Shown in pieces: positions 24,499-39,315 of a stretch of 58,330 nucleotides of DNA; positions within the stretch are counted from its first letter, which is position 1; each line of letters starts with the position of its first letter. The stretch is from contig MU057840.1 of NCBI GenBank assembly GCA_013265495.1, positions 62,001-120,330 on the forward strand, in the 5' to 3' direction. This stretch comes from Vicugna vicugna (taxonomy: Eukaryota). The notes under the pieces are model-generated. The model worked only from the letters and a program-made list of their open reading frames with translations. It made no database searches and was not told where the DNA came from. The position numbers and the translations under genes are program-made.

Positions 24499-26169
24499 CT
24501 AATAAAAAGAAAAATACACAATATACCAATTTTATCATGTTATTTCCCAGTTTCTCCCCTAATCCGTAATATCACATCCTGTGGTTAAGTTATAAATTCC
24601 ATGGCTGCTGAGGCGTAGTGAAATCACAAACCCCTGCCTTGTGAGTGCATTTACACAAAGTGGCTGCCTTATTAAAGTTACACCAAAAAGAATTTAAACT
24701 CATGTCCACAACAGCTACCCATTTTGTTGACTTAAATAGTTTCACCACAAGTTAAACACATACACACTTTTCTCCTCTATTACTTACTCCCTTTTACCAC
24801 AGTCTCCAATAAGCTAGTGACAGTTTCTTTTTCACTAAACACATTTTAAAGTCTAATTTTTCAATCACGTCTTTGCCATGCAGATCATATACTTCTACAA
24901 ATAAATGACAACTCTTTAAGTTTCTTCAGCGAGAGGCATAACTTAAGGATACAGTTAGGAAAACTAAGCCCAGTTCTTCCCATATTAATGTCCCAGTTGG
25001 ATTAAATGTAATTCTAATATGACAATGGCATGTAGTTCCTGCTGAGGGTACAATCAGGACATTATTTTTAAGAGGTATGGAAACTTAAAAAATATTGACT
25101 GCCATTTCACTTGCTGTTTACTCATTCAATTTCTTTTTTAAAAAGTCCAATAAACACAACAATAATTTTTTAAAGGAAAAGGATATAAAAATCGCCTGTA
25201 AAGGTTTTTCCAAACACGTATGCTCCACTCAAGCAGGGACATCTACATTGAGGTTGGGACAGAAGGACAAAGGACATGTCTATTCTGAGAAAAGCAACTT
25301 CCCAGGTGACACCCTAATGCAACCACTTGAGAACCACCAGTGGGCCTCCTAGGGCACAGGAGGGGCACCAAAGCACAGTCACACACTCGGGATTGTGACA
25401 AATCCACTGCCGGGCACACAGTATGTGCTCAATAAACAGTTGTTGAAAGGAGGTTTAAATTTCTTAGTTTAAGATACCAAGCTCTTCCAAGATCTGATCT
25501 CTACTATATTGGTCTTGCTTAATCATACATCACAAGAGGCCTTTCTCATTAAGAAAAGTCAGCCAAACCTGGAAATAAAGTGAATCAAGAACTACAAGCA
25601 CTTTCAGTGTGTAATGAAACATACTGTACAATAAATATCCCAAAGATATTTAATTACAATATCATTGTTTGATCTGCTGTTTACTATTGATTAGGACCCA
25701 AATTCCGTAACGTTACAGGTAAACTTGTAGACTTTATTTGGTAGAATTTCTGTCCAGCAGACTCCAAAGGTTATGGTTTTACTACCTGCAGGATGTTAAC
25801 CAATTTTGTATCTATCTAGTCTAGCAATTTATTTCAACATTCATTCTTCAGTGCCTGCATACACTTAACTTCTCAAATGCTCTTGGAATCAGCTTTGCCA
25901 TCCTGCTGGTTCCCTCATTAAGGAGACGAATCAATTTTTGACATACATTCATTCTATATTTGAGAGGGAGGAGAGGGCAAGGAAGACTAGGAGAGTGCAG
26001 TGATGCACTGCCTGTCTGGCCAGAACAGGGTACTATTTTTCAATAAGAAAGCTTTCAGTGGTAAGATTCCCCCTGCAGTTAGCCTGGGGCCTTGCCTTTC
26101 CCAGGTGCATTCGCACATTTACATTAACTGGTAGCAAGGGGGAGTGGAGGAGGGCCGGGAGTCAGGGTT

Positions 26170-26272
26170 GGGAGGTGGGGAGGATTGCTCAGTGGTACAG
26201 TGCATGCCAAGCATACCTGAGGTCCTGGGTTCAATCCTCAGTACCTCCATTTAAAAAAAAAAAAAAAAAAAA
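26170..26272 (+). mobile_element. Camelid Vic-1-like SINE
   Basis: gctcagtggtacagtgcatgccaagcatacctgaggtcctgggttcaatcctcagtacctcc followed by about A20. Confidence 0.88.
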
Positions 26273-29200
26273 GATGGGGCCATCCTAAAGACATTTTGAG
26301 ATTTTTACTCAATTAGGTCCGATTTTGTTCTATGTGCGTGTAAGCCACATGACAAAGGCTAACAAGACTGCCAAACTGCTAACAATTATTTTAAGCAGAT
26401 ACAAAAGAAGACTATTGTGAGGGGAGACTGGTAGCTTTTTATTTGTACACCCCCATGGTATTTGATTTCTATCAACAAGAATATGATGTTTTTATAGTTT
26501 GAAAACAAAGTCCCACGAACTTCATTCTTAAATGAAAAATAAATTACAACACAGCTTACTTGAAACAGCTATTCATAATCTGAGATAACCTGGAGAGTTG
26601 AAAAACTACAAATATTATGTAGTTCTGTTCCTCCAGCAAATCTTTTTCATTCAAAAAATACTAATAAAAAAATTGTACTCAATTCGAAAGAAGTTTAATA
26701 TTATCCTGCAATAAATAATTTTGTTATAATAATAGTAAGTTTAGGCCCAAGCTTTTAAATACCTAGTTTTTATTTTTTGTGTGTGTATAATTATGGGAAG
26801 ATTTTTTTCCCCATCCTTTAAATGAAGAAAAGAAAATCTAGAGCAAAACCAGTTACTTTGGTGTGTTTCCTACCAAGCATTCCTTTTTTCCCCCTTATGG
26901 TTGTAAATATACACAAAGTATATACAGCTTTGTGATCTAATTTTACAATACAAAAGATGTGTTAAATGCACTGAATCAAACCATTCACCTTAAAATGGTT
27001 AATTTTATATTATGTGAATTGCATTTCAAATAAATAAATAAATAAATAGGCACTTAAGACAGGGATGAGGACAAAGAATAAAAGGAAATAAAATAGTACT
27101 GACTTTCTAGAACATTGGAAATAAGTGTGCCTTTTACCAAATCTCAAAAAAGTCCTCACTTTCTGAGTTAAGGAACCCATTTTCTTCTATCATAAATATT
27201 TACAATAAGAAAATTAAGACAACGTGTGTTAGGACAACTGATTTTGGCTATTTAAATGACAGTACTCTCTGAGAGCTTAATACTTTCCCACCAGAAACAT
27301 TTGAAGGCCAGGAAGCTACAGCAATGGGTATTATGGGGCATTCTGAAGCCATTCATTACATTGCTTTGGAGAATTTTCACTCTGTGTACACACACCTTAT
27401 CCAGAGATGTACCCAAGAATAGAATGAAAAATATTGGCTTTTAACCCTCAATTTTTAAATTTATCTTTTTACTTTAAAATCTCGAAAAACTAAGGATAGA
27501 ACAGAGCATAGCATGAATAAAAGAATACTACAAATAATCTTAAAATCATTTATTTTAATCACCTTAGCGGGAAATATCTTTTTTTTTCCTTCATGAAATC
27601 TTTAAATTTTTATTTAATTTTCTAATTACTTCAGAACAAACTAATAAGAAAAATATGAAAGCCTGAGTTTGGGAGAGAAGAGCTGAGTGAGCTCAGGGTG
27701 GGTTTTGGTCTCACCTCCCCATGAACTAGGACCACTGCGCAAAAGGGCCACCGCTTCTATATGAGGCACAGTAATAATCAGCCTCGTCCTCAGACCAGAG
27801 CCCAGAGACGGTCAGGGAGGCCGTGTTGCCAGACTTGGAGCCAGAGGAAATATTTTAGTATAAAAGGTAGTCTCAATTTATAGGCAGACAAGTTCCAAGT
27901 TTATCTGTAGAATGAACACATTTCCTATGGAAACTGCCTTAGAATTTTCCAGGCTCTTCTATAAAACACTACAAGAATCATAGCATAACTGAAATATTAT
28001 ATTGTGTGTGCATGTGTGTGTATATAATAAAACTATAGTCAATAAAATGTTTTTAAGTTATACATATACTATCTATTCAGCAAAACATAAAAATATTAAA
28101 TCAAAGCTTTTCATTGTTTTAATCTTAAATGCTGGTACTTGAGAGAAAGAGGTTAATAAGGATGGAACCCTGTAGAAGTTCTAAAAGATAAGTCTGAGAA
28201 CTTATAAAGGCTTTTTTTATTATGCCTAATTACACTTCAAGTTGACATCAAGGCCAAGAAGCCAGGCAGTGTATTTCTCCCACATTACATGTGGCCACGG
28301 CAGGGTTCTGGATCTCATGAACAGTCCTGTCTTCTTTCGCTCAGATTATACAACGTCCTCAAAGTTACTCTCCTCCAGCCATCTCTCCCGTATGCTTAGA
28401 TTCTTCCAACCCCAGCTGGGTGTCTCCCTTCTCAGCCCCGGGGCCTCGCAGCCTGGGAGGCTGGTGCTGTTGAGCTCCCTCCTCTCCCCTCCTCCTGCTG
28501 CAGCCTCAGCCTCAGGAGCCTCCCCAGCCCTGCTCTCCTCCCCTCCTCTTCACAAGCCCTGCAAGTGGGCGGCAGCGCCCCTTGGGAGGGAGTGGAGAGT
28601 CTGATCCTCTCCTGAGCGAGGGCCATTCCCCACAAAGGAGAAGCGGGGAGGGAGGTGCAGCAGCCCAGCCTCCAAAACGCGCTCACACTCATGTCCTTTT
28701 CCTAAAGCCCCCCGCCCCTGCCCAAAGCTTTAACTCTCCTGGAAATCAGGGGGTGAGAACTGACAGGGCACAGAGGCAGAGGGAAGGCAACCAAGTGATC
28801 CACATTCCAGAGAACAGCAGTCTGCTTCTTCATCAAGAGATAGAGAAGGGCAGAGAACCAGGGAGCTCCATGCTGAAAGGGGCCTATTTACGCACGAACG
28901 TTTTCGAGTGGTGTTCACAAGACAAAGTGGCACCCTCACTGAGTGTAATGTTCCCCCCATATAACCACTGGTCTTCAGTACCCTTAGTATTCACTACACA
29001 GAACCAAATAATACAGAATACATGTGATAGTCAAAGCCCATCAACAATTCTCCTGGAATTCTAAATTTTTTTCTTATAAAACACCACGCACTAGTGCTTA
29101 TGACACAACTTAGTCACTGTCTCTACAGAAAAACAGTTCAAGCACACAGCAGTGACAGGCAAGCCACTTTAGTGCATCCATTATTCAACAGCGGCTTCAA

Positions 29201-29779
29201 CTGGTAGAGAGGCTCCTGAGCTTCTTAAAGATGCAGAAAGGGAGGATCTGATGACCAGGATGCCAGTCCTGGGCCCACCATTACTAGCGATACAACGGAG
29301 AACTTCACTACTATTCTGGGTCAATTTCTTCACCATAAAATGAGGACTAGGTAATTAGCAGGTCCCCTCTAATTATATAATTATTCAAAGAAGATAAAGC
29401 AAAACGTAGATTAAATAATCACGTCATTCCCCTATAGATATAATTCCTCCAACTCCACTCTCCTTACTTTCTTTCAAGGCTTAGCAAAAAGATTAATTGC
29501 TAATCAGTATAATCTAAAGGCAAACACATCCCCATCTCATTGCCCATCAGTAACAGCAACTCACTGCAACAGCGAGGGTGGGAAGCGTGTGGAACCGCTG
29601 TACAAACCCAGTACAGACATGCTGCTACAACAGTAAGGCTCAGAACACTACCCCACCCGCAACACAGAGAATGTTTTAAAGTGCAACACTCGAAAAGATC
29701 AGCAACTCTTAAGAAAACATCCGTAACATGAGTTTGTTTTAAAGGTTAGTATTTCTCTCTTACATCCTATGTGCCAACC

Positions 29780-29945
29780 ACCACTACACACCGTTCTATT
29801 ACTTCATTTAACTCTCTACAACCCAAGGAAGTGCGTACTATTATTTGGTCTGTTTTATAGGTAAGGAAGCTGAGGCACAGGGGTTATATGCCTTGCTAAT
29901 ACATTAGTAAGTGACGGAACTGGGATTCAAACTCGGTGTCTGAAG
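29780..29945 (-). mobile_element. MIR SINE
   Basis: ttttataggtaaggaagctgaggcacagggg...agtaagtgacggaactgggattcaaactc. Confidence 0.7.
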
Positions 29946-31299
29946 GCATGGACTGCTGCGAAGCAGTAAGTCCAGAAAGTTGTCATTTTTGCTTTAAAAA
30001 GATTCCATGCTATGTTTTTCTGTATATGTATTATATATCCGTATATAAAATGTTTAATGTCTAGGAGGGTGTATAGTAACTGTTACCAGTCACGTAAAAA
30101 CAATGGGACAGGGGATTAGAGCCACATGGACCTACTTTCAGCTATACACTTTGAATTTTTTCAAAAAGCATTACTTCTATAATAAAAATAAATTTTAAAT
30201 GTCTTAAATTTAAAGATACTGATATTAAAATATTGTCCTAATGAAATAAATATATTCTAAATTATTAAACATGTGGTAAGATCCACCAAAATCCAAGATT
30301 ACAGCTCTATCGGTTCTTAAAAACATGATCAATGAAAAAATGTTTGCAGCAGTTATTCGAAACTCTTCCTCTCTCTCTCTCTCCATAAACACATCAGTAG
30401 TAAAACAGTTATCCCTCTTGAAATCAGAGGACAGGGCAGAATTAGCATAACAATTCTATAAATATTCCAGCACATACGTAAGTAGAAACATATTCCAGAA
30501 GTAACCCAGCTTACCCTCCAACTGACATATTTTTAAATGTTTGGGAGAAAGGCATGTAATCTTCTTTATACCACAGATGCTCTGAACCAAATGTTCACAA
30601 GCCTGTTCTATGCTGAAAGTTCTGAAGTCTCTGCTGTCTTCAACTTGAATCTTCTGAAATCACAGGGGGAAAGAGTGGTAACGTCACATAGAGAGAGCAG
30701 GGACTCGGCCATAATGTAGTCCAGGGAAGCCAGCTACACTGAGCAATGCCAGAGGTGCCACAGCAGCCCGAGGGCAGCCAGAACCACTGCCTATCGCTCA
30801 ATCACCCAAACCCAAGGCTGCTCGTTCTGGGAGTGGGCGCTGGGTTCCCTGGATCAGGGGAACAGGAGAGCTCCCATACAGAGCAACAGGAGGTGCCCAG
30901 GGCCCAGGAAGGGAGCCAAGGCAGGGCTGGGAGACTGAGCATGAGCCCCACACCCACAGTGGTCAGAAGCAGCCGGCTGGGACTCACAGAGCTCACAGAG
31001 CCCAGCATCCAGGGCCAGGGCAGGAAGGCAGTGGTGAAATAAAGCTTATCTTGTAGGAAAGGCAATCTTCTCCACCTTCCTCCTCTGGCAGTTTTCTCTT
31101 GCCTTGGTCCTATTCTTCTTCAATGTGAGCAATGTTAATGTCTCCTGAATCATTAGATGAGTAAATTGTTTTCTGGTAAAGTCACAGTTCAGGATTTCTC
31201 ATAGACACTCTCTCGTCTCTGTTTAAAGGCCCTACTATAGATCAAAGATGACCGCAAAGTCCTTGACACGCCTCCCATCAGAGGCTCATCTGCGTCCTC

Positions 31300-31792
31300 T
31301 TCCATGCAACCTGGGCAGGATCTGTCAGTGCCCTGGCCAACTGAGTATGGCTGAAGGGACTGCGTGTCAGTTTGCAGGTCTAGGTTTTCAGAAAATGACA
31401 GCTTCTTCTTTCTACTGCTTGGAATGCTTGCTCTTGGGAAAGCCAGCCACCACGTGAGACGCCTAATCACCCTGAGACCAACATCCTATGAGAAACCGAA
31501 TGACACAGAGAGACCTTGCAGAATATGATACCACAGAGGCTGGGGAGGGGAGGGGTAGGTGGAAAAGGGAGAGGGGCAGAAATGGAGACCAGGACACAGG
31601 GGCACAAGACATGTGACTTAAGAAGCCATCCTGGAAGTGGATGCTCCAGCCTCAGGTTCTCCGGCCGATACCACACCAGCCAAGTTCCTCCTGAACTCCT
31701 GACCCATCCTAAGATCATAAGCAAAATAAAAGGGTTGCTGTAAGTCACTAAGGTGTAAGACAGTTTGTTATGCAGCAAGAGATAACAGGACA
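31300..31792 (+). mobile_element. MLT1-type (ERVL-MaLR) solo LTR
   Basis: gccatcctggaagtggatgctccagcc...cctgaactcctgaccc...aataaaagggttgctgtaagtcactaag...gtttgttatgcagcaagagataacaggaca. Confidence 0.75.
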
Positions 31793-32784
31793 CCTGGAGA
31801 AGGAGGGGCATCAGTGATAGAGCTTCCAGCATTCACCTCTGCCAAACAACTCGCTGGAATGACTGACGCTGCTGTTTAGTAGAAGTGAGAATGAGAGCCT
31901 TCAAGAGGTTCTACCCCACAGGAATCAAAACTGAAGACTAGACTATCCTCTCTGCAACAGAGGTAACGAGAGTAAAATGGCAGCCCAAACTAAGCTGCCA
32001 CCATCCTTTGAAACTGGTTCTTTCTTTATCCCATCAATATTTTAAACCCAGATTTTAATACCATGTGACAACCCAATTCTTTCTTGAGCAAAACCACACT
32101 CCTAATATTGCCCTACATTGTAAAAACAACCTTCAAAAATCTCAGACACTATTTCCAAATTCTTGATAAAGATTCTTTTAAAAGTGTCATTGGCACTTGC
32201 AGGAATTCCTTTTCTCTTCATTTAAAGCTCCAGAGCCTTGTCCTTCCTTCCTTTTGCCTCTCTGGTTTATGCTTTTTAAGAAGCACTCCGGGAAGCCTCA
32301 CATTTATTGAAGGTTAGATTTGAAAAACTGACTGTAGATAATTCTGAGTTGAGAACACCCTACTCCATCTCCGTTTCCAGTTCTCTCTTTACTACGAGCC
32401 CTGACGTGGTCCTCAGCCAGCCTGGCTTGACCCCCATCACACCCTATCAGCAATGTCTGATCCCAGGCCTCCGTAGCTGGCTCAGAGCCCACATCCTAAC
32501 CAGACTCCCGGGATTTCTGAGGAAGTACTTACACTTTCAAAGTTCTCAGAAAAATGGTGCATAGCTAGCCCAGAAGGAGGAAGCAGGAGATGGGCACGGT
32601 GACCAGAACTATGCTCCATGTCATTTTGGTTGACGTGCACCGAGGCCTTGATCCCTGCCCTTGGCCTCTAATCCTGCCAAACAACTCCTTCCTTCTTTAA
32701 TACAAAAATGTACCAAACTGACTTGGTTACCCTACTAGGGATGTAACTGTTAATCTGTGGACCCAAAAGGAACACGTCAGAGAT

Positions 32785-33030
32785 CATGCGGCATAATGAA
32801 GCAAGCACGGGCTCCAGAACTAACAGTCTGAGGCTCACCTGCTGGCTGCGCCAGTCTCTTACTCTACGGCCTTAAGGAGGTGGTTCCAGAGCCTGCTTCC
32901 TCATCTGTCAACAGAGGACAGACACCACCGCCACCTCGCACGGCTACGGTAAGGGGTTCATGAGACAAGTGGTATCACGTACACGACAAGAGGCCTAGCA
33001 AACAGAAAGCACCCAGTGACGCTCAGTTCC
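32785..33030 (+). mobile_element. MIR SINE
   Basis: gcctgcttcctcatctgtcaacagagga core with flanking MIR-like head and tail. Confidence 0.55.
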
Positions 33031-34639
33031 CTTCCCTTAAACATATACTAAAGAGAGTAAAACGGCCGCCAGGGGTTAATTCTGGCGACTGCGATTCTAT
33101 ACAAAGCAGTTAACGTATGTCCACATATACCATGACTACTAATTCTCAGAACTTTTCCCCCGAGTTTCCACTCATTAAAAGGACCTGCAGCTGACAATTC
33201 CTCTTCAGAGAACATTCCAAATATCTACGCCAAAGTCAGCAAAAACCCCTCAGAAACTCCTCTTTTATCTGACCTTAAATTAAATTATATTTAAAACATT
33301 TAAATGAATGAGATAAAATAGTCTATTTTAATAAGCTTATTTCAAAATTGATAACTATAATAATTACCTTAATGTCAGAATCATTAAATTTTATATATTT
33401 TAAGTAAAATAAATAGTTCAGAAGCACATTTTGAGAGATGCGCAAGGAGGTTTAGACAACTTAATGAGATACTACTCAGATAAAACATGTAAGTAGAGAA
33501 GCAACTTAGGTGTCAGAACTATACTGAAATACAGCTAACTGAGAGGTATTCAGAACAGAGATTAAATCATGCGCACCGATCTAAAAAATCAAAATATACC
33601 TTGGGTATTGCAACATCCATATAGCAGGGTTTCAGGCCAAGACATTAAAAAAAATTTTTTTTTCAATTTATAACTTTTGTTTTAGCAAAGAAGTAAACAG
33701 AAATGATCTCAAATCACACCAGATTTAAGATATGGTGATCAGCTTATTTTTACAGACAGTAGGTTTAACCTTCTACTCTAAATAAGTCAATTCTTCTCTA
33801 AGAGGCACTGTCCTTGGCTCTTAGAGGCTAATTTGAGGTTGCTCTAGCCTACTTTCCTAACCTTTTCCATGTCAGGACATGCATAAAAAATGGTAACATC
33901 CGTATAGAGCATGTGCATAAATTGAAGCGTCATCTCAGGGCCAGAAGTGACCTGCCTGGAGGCTCCAGGCAACCCTAGGTTGAGGGGATCATTATCTCAA
34001 CATATACATAATCCTTTCATGGCCCTTCTGATGGGAAGCTGTGTTGGTCTGGTTATCCGGCAATGCAGGAGGAGGCCCCCCTCTACCTCAAAGCCCATTT
34101 GCTGGGACAAAAGACTGGGAGTCATCAACCACCTAAGAGGGCCAGCAGCATTATCTAAGAATCCAAGATGCGCCCCTGAGTTTATGCTACTAAATAACGT
34201 GCTCAGACCTACCAGGGAAAATGGACGCCCAAATCCTTGTTTCTATCCTGTGCATAACTGTCTTATCCAACTGCCATTCTACAACCCCAGGGAGCAGCCA
34301 GTTAACAGCAGGACAGGAAGGAACCCAACATGAATTAAATTAAAAGAGAAAAGCACTAGAACAGCTGGGCCTGAGTACTCAGTGGTAAAATGCACTGATC
34401 AGTATGTAAAAGGAATAGCCAGTTGCTTAAAATGAACCTGGACCTAGACGAAAAACGCTTCCAAGGCCACTTCCAGCTCTCTAATTTCAAGGTTTCCCGG
34501 ACAGAAATCTAAGTACAATAAATTATTTCACATCCACAGCCTTAACTACATTTGTAACATCACAGTAGATGGGAAGATAGGAGCTGAAGTATTATTATAA
34601 AATCACTTACTCATTACTGCTCAGCTAAAAAGTGAAAGC

Positions 34640-36790
34640 TTTTCTTCTTCCCTGATGATACCTAATGATACAAATATATGTCTGTGTAAGGCTGTTAGCT
34701 GCAGCACTGTCTGCAACTGTAAAATCCTGGAAACAACAACCTAAATGCCCAAACACAGGAGAATGTTTGAATTCACTGTGACATCACAAATGGAGTACTA
34801 TGAAGCTGTTAAAAATAAGGAAAATTACTACAAACATGGAGTGATAAACAGAATATACTATTAAATGAAAGAAGAAAATTCCAAAAGACTATACTTAGTT
34901 TGCTACCTTTTGTGATAGAAAATAAGAAAATACTCATGTACCTGCTTTTTTTTTTTTAATAAAAAGAAACACAGAAAGGATAGATCAAAGTAATTGGTTG
35001 TCTACAGGGATGGGTAGCAATGAGGGGAAGGATCAGGTAGTGACACTTCTTGGTACAATAGTTTATAGTTTTAACTCTGGGGACTATACTCATGTTTTAT
35101 ACAAGGACAAAGAGGAAAAAAACCTAAAATGGAAATCAAACACGAACAAATGAAGCTAACTGTACATCAAGTAAATAAGTGTATTAAAAGAGGGAAGGAA
35201 ACTAACCCAAACAACTTTTGAACATAATACTTTATATACTGCCAGTATACAGACAAAAAAAACTATAAACAAACATTGATCTCTAGTTATAATGTATGGG
35301 TTAGCAGTTTGAAACTAATTTCTCTGTTTATGGAACTAAGCAAACAAATACTAATGTTGAGGATAATGGGAACCAGATTCCCACTGATGGGGACAGAAAG
35401 AGCAAGACTAGACCTGCAGTGCTGAACTGGAGTTCAGGCAACAGTATGAACTCATGGTCAACACACACATACACACACACACACACACAAAGAGAGATAC
35501 AGATATGTCTGTTTATTTATGTTTCTTAGCTCTTATTTGCTGAGAAATCTTAGTTTATAAATCTTACTCCCCACTAGAAAGAATGAGGGCTACTTGGAGA
35601 AATGACTGATTCCAAGGCCGAGCCTGGAGCATCTTGCTAAACCTGGGGCATCTTGCTGTGCCAGGAAGAAAGGGCTCCAAGAACAATGGGGGCATCTAAA
35701 AATTATGACTTAAAGGGGCTCCCATTAGCCAAATCTAAAACAATTTGACCCTCAAAATAAGTAACAGAGCATCACAGAATAAAATAAAAATCTATGAGTC
35801 CATGTTAATAAAATAAATGAATAAACAAATGGGAGAGAAAGGAAAGCTCTTCCCTAAATACACTGAGAAATGAGTTAGAAAACCTACATCTTGGAATCAT
35901 CCTAGTAATAACTGATTCAGTCAAGAACCATCAATGGATGCCAAATTACCGGGTGCAAGTCTGATGAGGAACAAGGCATTCATAAAATTTCAAAGCATCT
36001 CCTGTAAGTTACTTGTTAATAATACAGAGAAAAAGAGTAATTTCACAGTGGAATAACATTGCAAATACTACCTTAATAAGATAATAGAAGTTAACATCAC
36101 CGGAATGAGACAAACAACATTACATGCATCTTGACACGATGCCCTGAGCAGACACATTACTTCTGTAGTACTCCCACCCAAACAATGCATAACCTGAGTC
36201 TAATCATAAAGCAGCATCAGGAAAACTCGAATTGAAGTTCGTTCTGTGAAATAATTGGCCTGTATTCTTCAAAAATACCCAAGATGTAAAAGACAAAGAA
36301 AGGATAAAGAACTGTTTCAGATTAAAGGAGACTAAAGATTGATCTCAACTAAATGAAAAGCATGATCCTAGATTAGATCTGTGGGAGGTGGGTGGGGGCA
36401 CAAAAAAAGGGGAAATAGCTATAAAGGACATTACTGAAACAATTGGAGAACTCTGAGTATGAAATGTGCATTAGATAATACTATTGTACTAGTTATTAAA
36501 TATTATTAAATGTTCTTATTTTGACCAATATCCTGTACTTACTGAAAATAAAGTCTTTGTTTTTGGTGGGGGTCGAGGTACCTAAATATTTATGGATGAA
36601 GGTGCATTAGGTCTGCAAATTACTGGGCAGTGGGAAGGGGGACAGGGGCTAGGGGTGGGAAGAGGGTGGATAAAAAGAAGATGCACACGTAACACAAGTG
36701 TGGGAAAATGCTGACAACTGGATGGGAGTTCTCTGTACTGTTCTTAATGTTTCTTTAAGTATGAAATTGTCTCAAAATAAAAAGGTTTGT
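34640..36790 (+). mobile_element. Old L1MC/MD-type 3' region
   Basis: L1 end motifs (gcagcactgt...ggaaacaacaacctaaatgccc...tggagtactatgaagctgttaaaa), then a long 3' UTR (tttcagattaaaggagactaaa; ataaaggacattactgaaacaattgg) ending tcaaaataaaaa. Contains (CA)n at 35461-35488. Confidence 0.75.
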
Positions 36791-37289
36791 TCAGAATAAA
36801 TAAATTTTATTCTTTACTTCCAATTAACAACATTTTTTTCATTATAAAACACAAGGGAAAAGGTTAAATTACTGTCGTGCAGAGCCAAAGAGTACCACAA
36901 ACCTGACATTAACTTCCCCTGACGGAGGGTGAACTGATCCAGTGAACACAGTACAACGCATTGACTGCAGTAGTCCAAGTGGCTTCACAACTAGGTTTCT
37001 GTTACATACCCAGCATCTGGCTTGTGATCTGGCTTCCCAAGCAGAGTCAAACCCTTGGGCTTATCTGCTCTCTCTGCTGACTCTGGTAATAGCAACAATA
37101 CTTTGCTCTGTTCATTGGGGAAGGTAAACCTGAGTTTGAGCTTTTACTCAAATACAGTACTGCGAAATTTCAGTTTGAGTGATTTCTCTCTCTGGAGGGT
37201 AACTAATCAGATCCTCTTCTTACCATTTTGCCCTAAAAACTAGATTAAAAATATTTCATTTAAAAATAGACACCAAATTAAGTATGGCA

Positions 37290-39315
37290 GACCAACTTCT
37301 TGCTTCCCTCTCTTCTCCATCCTGACTTCCCACTAAACTGGACAATAAAGAAATTAAGTTGATATTAACTCCCAAAAGAACATGTGAGCAAAGCAGATAA
37401 AAGATTTCAACACATTTTTGACAGTCAGGAAGAAGTTAGAGGAGCAGTAACAACCTAAGTAGCGTGAAGGAAGCTACAACCTAAGTGCCGGCAGAGGGAA
37501 GTGCAGGCGAGAGGGGGCTCTGGGCTCAGGGACACTGAGCACAGCAGACAGCAAAGGTACGGATGGGACTGAACACAAGGGGTCCAAGGGCTGGGATGAA
37601 CGACTGATTCACACAGCTTCCTACATCCTGATGTCAGAACATCAGGGGCCAAGTTTACAGCCCCCAGATGGAAGACTGAAAAACTAAATGCTGCAAAAAA
37701 ACAAAAACAAAACCCCACAAAGATGTCTTCCTCCAATGAAGGCAGCCTGCTCCCTAACCTCAGAGTGAAGCCCACTGCAGACAAGCCTCACCCTTACAGA
37801 CAAACTTACAGAGCTGTTCAGTGCATCACTATTCTATGAAAAGATAGACAAAGATAAAACAAGACACTTGAAGAAAGCATCTCATCTGAGAGAATCATTT
37901 TGAAAAGAAACAGAGGAACCCAGAGGAAACAGAAACAATGTAGGGAGCACAGAAAAGCTTCAAAACAAACTCTAAAACCCAGAAGTAATAAGAAAAGATA
38001 CAGCAAAACAACAGGAACAGAATGGATGGAAAACCAATGGTCAGAAAAAGGAGAAAAAGCCCTTAAATAAACAATATTATCATCAAAATTCAATAGAAAG
38101 AGTGGAGGGGGGAAAAAAAGGAAGTAGCTCAGGAACTCGAATCAAAAGGCAAAGAAATAAAAAGGTAAGAAAATTACAGGTTCCACCCAGGGCGCTCAAC
38201 ATTCAATTAACAGGAGTTGTACAAAGAGAAAGGCAGTAACGAGGAGATTAAGTATGGGAGGATGAGTGTACTCTCCAATGTACAGACTGAAAAGTCCCCT
38301 GAGCGCCCATGGCAGCAAGAGAAAAACTAACCATGTGAAGACACATCATTCTGAAGTTCCAGAACACCAAGGCTGGAGGGAATAGCCTAAACGTTTCCAG
38401 GAAAAAAGCAGAAAGACCTATATGAAGGAACAGTAATCAGGAGGGCGTCAGGTTTCTCAACAGAAGCACTGGAAGCCTAAAAACAAAGGAACACTGCTTT
38501 CAAAATTCTAAAAGGAAAATCTTTCCAAACTAATAGTCAGTCAAGCAATCAAGTAACAAAAGTAAAATCACAATGTCAGACTTGCATGGGGGCAAAAATT
38601 TGCCTCCCCCGAGAAGAGAGCTAAATGATGTACTCCAGCAACATGGCCTAATAAACCAAGGAAAATACAGACCTGGGATCCAGGAAATGGGAGATCCAAT
38701 ACAAGAGAACAGCAAGGGAATCACAGGATAAAAACTGTCCAGCCGGCCCAGAGAAGACTCAGCTCAGATGGGAGCAAGAGCGCTCCGGGAAGTTCTTCAG
38801 GAAAAAAAAAAAACAACAACTAAGAGATTATGTGTTTAAAGTGTTGGAAAATAATACTCATAGACATTTGACAGATTTATAGGTTATATTTGGGAGAGAA
38901 TGTATAGAAGGCAAAGTGCAATCTTTTTAAAAGGCAGTTATTAACTCAAGGAAAAATAAAGTGCCAGACAAGAAAAAAAGCAGTCACCATATTTATCAAA
39001 AATCGTTATCTAATTATACTGAGAAATGGAGAGAGGGGCAGAGGGGAGGGTAACGCAAACACTAATGTCCTCATTTACCATAGCACGATGTCAAGAGATG
39101 ATACCTAAAATGGATAAATTAAGCAATAACTGTATATTACTTAGATGGATGTAGGTAAATATGAGAGAGAAAACTAAATCGAGCTGAAAGCGGTTGTCTG
39201 TGGACAGGAGGACTGGGGGTGGCAGACAAGGAGACTGCTGTTCTATTTTAAACCTTTTGATACTATGATTTAACTGTATATACATATCACCTTTTGAAAA
39301 CATGAATTATTCTTT
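37290..39315 (+). mobile_element. Old L1ME/HAL1-like fragment (ORF1-like region and 3' end)
   Basis: A-rich strand with L1 ORF1-like motifs (aattaacaggagttgtacaaagagaa; tttctcaacagaagcactggaagcc; tgctttcaaaattctaaaaggaaaat). Confidence 0.6.

Noticed and set aside
28242..29064. GC-richer patch with 120-160 aa ORFs
   Set aside because: Low-complexity Ser/Pro/Leu translations with no homology I recognise and no convincing splice structure.
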